IMG/VR virus record: IMGVR_UViG_3300023294_000015
Span: 3,343 to 67,342 of that record
Reading direction: 5' to 3' (one strand)
DNA: 64,000 nucleotides
Origin: a virus
Shown here: positions 60,535-64,000 of the stretch, piece after piece
Numbering within the stretch: the first letter of the stretch is position 1
How the letters are laid out: each line of letters opens with the position of its first letter
Position numbers and translations under genes: made by a program
The notes under the pieces: generated by a model
What the model was told of the DNA's origin: nothing
Seen by the model: the letters and a program-made list of their open reading frames with translations, nothing else
The model's database searches: none

Positions 60535-60571
60535 AATATTTAATTTAATTGTTTATAATAATTTAAGAATT

Positions 60572-60930
60572 TTAATCTAAATAGTTAATTTCAATACTCT
60601 TTCTACCAGCAGCTTTTAATTTAATTTCTGAAAGATACTGATTGTTTTGCATTGTTGTAATGTAAAGCTTGTACAATTTAGTGTTTAATATCCTGTCTAG
60701 TTTATTTACTTTAGGTATGACTTCGTAATCATCGAATGGTGTATAATCTCCACCAGAAGACATAGAGTTAGGGATTATCATCATTTTATCCTCCTTAACC
60801 ATTATACGTACATTAGGAACGTAGTAAATACCATCTTTAGTGTTAGAAATTTCAAGTAAATTTAATACTTCTTTAATTGTATGTTCTCCAATATTTAATT
60901 TAGAATCACCTCTTACTGTATATTTTTTCA
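60572..60930 (-). CDS. Hypothetical protein
   Basis: ORF 60572-60994 in the track; the probable start is the MKKY ATG near 60930. Confidence 0.5.
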
Positions 60931-61257
60931 TTTTATAATAGTTTAATATGTTTACGTAATTTAGTACCATACCATAGGTGTATATTCTTACCAAAGTATA
61001 ACCTTGGTGAATAAAAGTATTCTACAATACTTACTGCGATTGAAATAAATAATAATATTTTCATTGTTTAATTGTTAATTTTTAAAAGAACTCCTGTAAG
61101 CCTATAATACTTATTAATACCGCCATATAACCTACTCTAATTTGGTTGAGCTAGTACCACCTATAATTGGACAGGAGTTAATACTATACACATTATCCTT
61201 GGTAACAAATGTCAAATACTTCTTTTACCTTTCAAATGATTAATAGTATGTAATGTA

Positions 61258-61449
61258 TGAGAGAGTCAAACTGAATACCCGCTACTCTCGCTTTGGGTTC
61301 TGTACTTCACTCTTTCTAACTACTCTTTTAAAGTATGTTAGTTATAGCTTTTCCTCCCAGTATACCGTCAACTTGCTAGCTGTCTTGGTATTCTAAGGGA
61401 CTCAGTATTTATGGCTAATTACTCCATGTTTTTTTAATGACTTCTCTCA
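61258..61449 (-). ncRNA. Putative structured RNA
   Basis: Closed by TGAGAGAAGTCA/TGACTCTCTCA; internal CTAAC/GTTAG helix and GC-GAGA-GT tetraloop; GC higher than the flanks. Confidence 0.45.
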
Positions 61450-61456
61450 ATGATTA

Positions 61457-61543
61457 TGAACGGGTGTGAGGACTCGAACCTCACTCATTATAAAGATTGA
61501 ACTTTATAATTTCTCATTTTCACGACTAGTATATGAACCCGCT
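61457..61543 (-). ncRNA. tRNA-like RNA D (9-bp anticodon-like stem, 6-nt TTCAAT loop)
   Basis: AGCGGGT/ACCCGTT; TCAT/ATGA D-like stem; ATTATAAAG-TTCAAT-CTTTATAAT; GTGAGG-TTCGAGT-CCTCAC. Confidence 0.6.
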
Positions 61544-61549
61544 TATTTC

Positions 61550-61830
61550 TTCTCGTTACTCTTTATTATACATCGCGTACAATGCATATTTCCCAAGTCT
61601 AGTAGACGATTACCGCTATTTACCTAGTTTGCAATATTTATACCTGCCAGTTACCACACTGGATGTTATTTTCGCTTTAAGCCCCTACCTCACGGACTAC
61701 TCAAGTAGTTGGGTTAACACATTCAAACAAACAACACTCTTTGGTAGAGCTGTAATCTCGTGCTTCGCCACTCTCGCAGGTCACATCATACTGTTGTTAT
61801 CATCAGGCTTAATATTTATTGTTTTCTCAT
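61550..61830 (-). ncRNA. Putative large structured RNA
   Basis: TTAAGCCT/GGGGCTTAA closing helix; GNRA hairpins GC-GAGA-GT and CC-GTGA-GG; GCTCT/AGAGT, ACTAC/GTAGT and CCAGT/ACTGG stems with G-U pairs on the minus strand. Confidence 0.5.
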
Positions 61831-61895
61831 GTCATAAGCTAACAATAGCATTACAACTATGTAAATTATAAATGCTACTGTTAGATTACTCATGA

Positions 61896-62054
61896 TTAAT
61901 TAATTACTGGTTTAACTACTAGATTACCCCAACGTGGAGTTTTAGCAGACATAATTGCTTTCCAATATTCTTCTTGTGAAGTTTTGAATTTAGCAGAATT
62001 ACTACGTAGTTCTTTGTAAGCTTTTTTAGCTAGTTTAACTTGATTGTTTGGCAT
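61896..62054 (-). CDS. Small basic protein (52 aa, not in ORF track)
   Basis: MPNNQVKLAKKAYKELRSNSAKFKTSQEEYWKAIMSAKTPRWGNLVVKPVIN. Confidence 0.55.
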   Translation of the reverse strand: MPNNQVKLAKKAYKELRSNSAKFKTSQEEYWKAIMSAKTPRWGNLVVKPVIN

Positions 62055-62160
62055 AATTATTTAGTTTAAAAGTGATTTCTATATATTGCTCCTGCTATTA
62101 TTGTTGTTGCAGTACCTACTATTATAGCTAATAATAAGTAACCTAAGTATGTTAGTATTA

Positions 62161-62820
62161 TCATATGTTTTCTTTAATATAGCTTCTAACATAACTACTA
62201 TCTAATCCCATAACATTAGAGAAATCTCTAAGTATATGATTAACTTCATCTCTTGACCAATTATCTTTAATAGTATGAATTGCAATCTCATTGTGTGAGT
62301 TTACTTTGAGTCGTAATGGTAATTCTATACCATTTTTATCATGACCAAACCCTACACCCCATTCCGTTAATTCAACCATAACTTCATCAATACCACCTAG
62401 TTTACAATACTTTTCAATAAATGATTTACTAGGTTGTGGATATATTCTATCAAAACCATCTAACAACATTTGATTTTTTATTCTTTTATCAGTTGTTGCT
62501 ATTATTTTAGATTGTTTATAATAATTAATTCCTTTTTCATGTTGTACAACTGTTGAAAGTTTGTCTGTGTCAGTATTTACTAATTTCCAATCACCTTCTT
62601 TAATATCTGAATCATCTACAATGTATAAATGATTAATATAAGTTTTAATACCATTACCATTCCATGCATGTCCGTTAGATGTAACACGTTTACATTTAAG
62701 TGCTTCAAGTTTACCCCAACTGTATTCTCTTGAATCATTAATGAATATATCTCCTTCAGATACTTGATTAATTTGATTTTTTGCAGGTAACATAATTACC
62801 TTTGCTCTTTTAACTTCCAT
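62161..62820 (-). CDS. Hypothetical protein
   Basis: 219 aa; VIMLP, HLYI..D..IKEGDW, KIIATTD and PQPS.SFIEKY motifs typical of Bacteroidota phage proteins. Confidence 0.7.
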   Translation of the reverse strand: MEVKRAKVIMLPAKNQINQVSEGDIFINDSREYSWGKLEALKCKRVTSNGHAWNGNGIKTYINHLYIVDDSDIKEGDWKLVNTDTDKLSTVVQHEKGINYYKQSKIIATTDKRIKNQMLLDGFDRIYPQPSKSFIEKYCKLGGIDEVMVELTEWGVGFGHDKNGIELPLRLKVNSHNEIAIHTIKDNWSRDEVNHILRDFSNVMGLDSSYVRSYIKENI

Positions 62821-62845
62821 TTGTTTAGTTTTAAGATTTGTTTAT

Positions 62846-63259
62846 TTAATAACCTGTAAATTGATAATTAATAATTGATTTATTACCAAGTGTATTTACT
62901 TTATAGTATTTAGGGTTTAAGTTTACGTTTATAAACTCTGGTTCAGCATGTAAATGAATTATACTACCTGTTTCAAAATGTAATTCTTTACTTTTAAATT
63001 CATTTAGTTTAGAGTTATATTTGATATAGAATATTACTCCTGATCTTATATGAACTACTTTGATTTTAATATAAGAAGTTAGAAATGATATACCAGAATC
63101 ATTAATCCAATAAATACCATTTGTTTTTAATCTAGGAAATTTACGATTATTACAACTGTGAGTATGAAGATTAATGTTTACTATACCCTTATTCATTTTT
63201 ACCATACTTATATTGACTTGTTCAGAGTCATTTATAAAATTGAGATTCCAATATTTCAT
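62846..63259 (-). CDS. Hypothetical protein
   Basis: 137-aa ORF with A-rich leader. Confidence 0.55.
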   Translation of the reverse strand: MKYWNLNFINDSEQVNISMVKMNKGIVNINLHTHSCNNRKFPRLKTNGIYWINDSGISFLTSYIKIKVVHIRSGVIFYIKYNSKLNEFKSKELHFETGSIIHLHAEPEFINVNLNPKYYKVNTLGNKSIINYQFTGY

Positions 63260-63561
63260 TTGTTTTTGTTTAATTCAAACCATTGTATTGCATAATTATA
63301 TGCACTAAGCATTTGTGCTAATTCTATATTTGATTGTGGAGTACGTATATCTACAATCATATCTTTTCTTTGTTTAATATATTCCTGAATAACAGGAATC
63401 ATATGTTCTGGTTGTAGCATTTTTAATGTTTATTAAATTTTTAGTTCCTATTTGCTATCAAAAGCATATACATCTGTTAAGACTGTAATAGGAATACCCA
63501 TTGCACTCAATTGTAATAATAGCAAGGTTGGTGAATGTTTATTTAGAGTTAAAATATTTAA

Positions 63562-63855
63562 TTAACACAATTCTTTAATCATCAATTTTTCTTTTTCTTC
63601 AATGATATTAAATTGTACTTGATTCTTTTTAAGTCTGTATGTTTCTAATTTACGGAATCTTTTAGGGTCAAATCCGTAATAATCATATCCTCCAGTATTA
63701 TATTCACTTCCGTTATTAACTCCTTCAAAGAATAAACTATCAGTTTGATTTTCATCTTTTTGAATATTTATTATAATGTAATGATTACCTTTCATTGCAT
63801 TTAAACTTCCAGTTAATGAATTTTTAATACAAACTACTTTATCTCCTATTTTCAT
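63562..63855 (-). CDS. Hypothetical protein (SH3/KOW-like start)
   Basis: MKIGDKVVCI...RFRKL. Confidence 0.6.
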   Translation of the reverse strand: MKIGDKVVCIKNSLTGSLNAMKGNHYIIINIQKDENQTDSLFFEGVNNGSEYNTGGYDYYGFDPKRFRKLETYRLKKNQVQFNIIEEKEKLMIKELC

Positions 63856-63873
63856 AATGTTTTCATGATTTAT

Positions 63874-64000
63874 TTATTTCTTTGCTTTCAATTCGTATTC
63901 AATCCCGTCAATAATAACGGTTTTACCACCATAATTTTCTTTAGGTCTGTTGTCTTCAATAGTACCATCTGAGTTCTCATAGTAGGTTTTATTACCATTG
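63874..64000 (-). CDS. 3' end of a protein cut by the window edge
   Basis: ...NGNKTYYENSDGTIEDNRPK...VIIDGIEYELKAKK*. Confidence 0.55.
   Translation of the reverse strand, partial: NGNKTYYENSDGTIEDNRPKENYGGKTVIIDGIEYELKAKK

Noticed and set aside
61780-61812. Hammerhead ribozyme suggested by CTGATGA on the minus strand
   Set aside because: I could not place a GAAA after stem II or a matching stem III and cleavage triplet.
61533-61871. 112-aa plus-strand ORF
   Set aside because: It runs against the local transcription direction, has no motifs, and coincides with a region whose G-U pairs and GNRA loops favour a minus-strand RNA.
61915-61945. Third GGGGTAATCT copy
   Set aside because: It lies within a plausible 52-aa ORF (W-G-N-L codons) and has a weak stem, so it may be coincidental.
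1-64000. Stop-codon reassignment, as in some crAss-like phages
   Set aside because: Genes up to 11.7 kb are open in the standard code and tile tightly; TAG and TGA both serve as real stops.
1-64000. CRISPR array, integrase, IS element or diversity-generating retroelement
   Set aside because: I saw no regularly spaced repeats and no recombinase, transposase or reverse transcriptase motifs.

Overview
AT-rich phage DNA in the standard genetic code, with the gene content and layout of a crAss-like phage (Crassvirales). Two TAnnTTTG promoters and A-rich ribosome-binding regions point to a Bacteroidota host. The + strand (33-27882) encodes a tail stabilization/muzzle-type protein and five probable ejected virion proteins, including a 3919-aa polyprotein with a DFDID virion RNA polymerase and a zincin domain. 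A bidirectional terminator at about 27.9 kb separates this from a - strand block of replication and metabolism genes (PolB, SF2 helicase, DnaB-like helicase, primase, SSB, resolvase, exonuclease, class II RNR, RNA ligase, homing endonucleases) and many small accessory genes. The main highlights are: (1) a complete ubiquitin-like conjugation operon, Ubl(Gly76 plus extension)-E2-JAB-E1, at 39.2-42.8 kb; (2) four tRNA-shaped RNAs without a normal anticodon arm, plus several stem-closed ncRNA modules; (3) about 7,860 aa of ejected proteins with only two cysteines, which face each other across one gene junction; (4) a LAGLIDADG cassette that truncates a gene and is followed by an intact homologue; (5) a degenerate UDG, a segment-permuted ATPase and an A9 frameshift. 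All calls come from reading motifs by eye; no database search was run.
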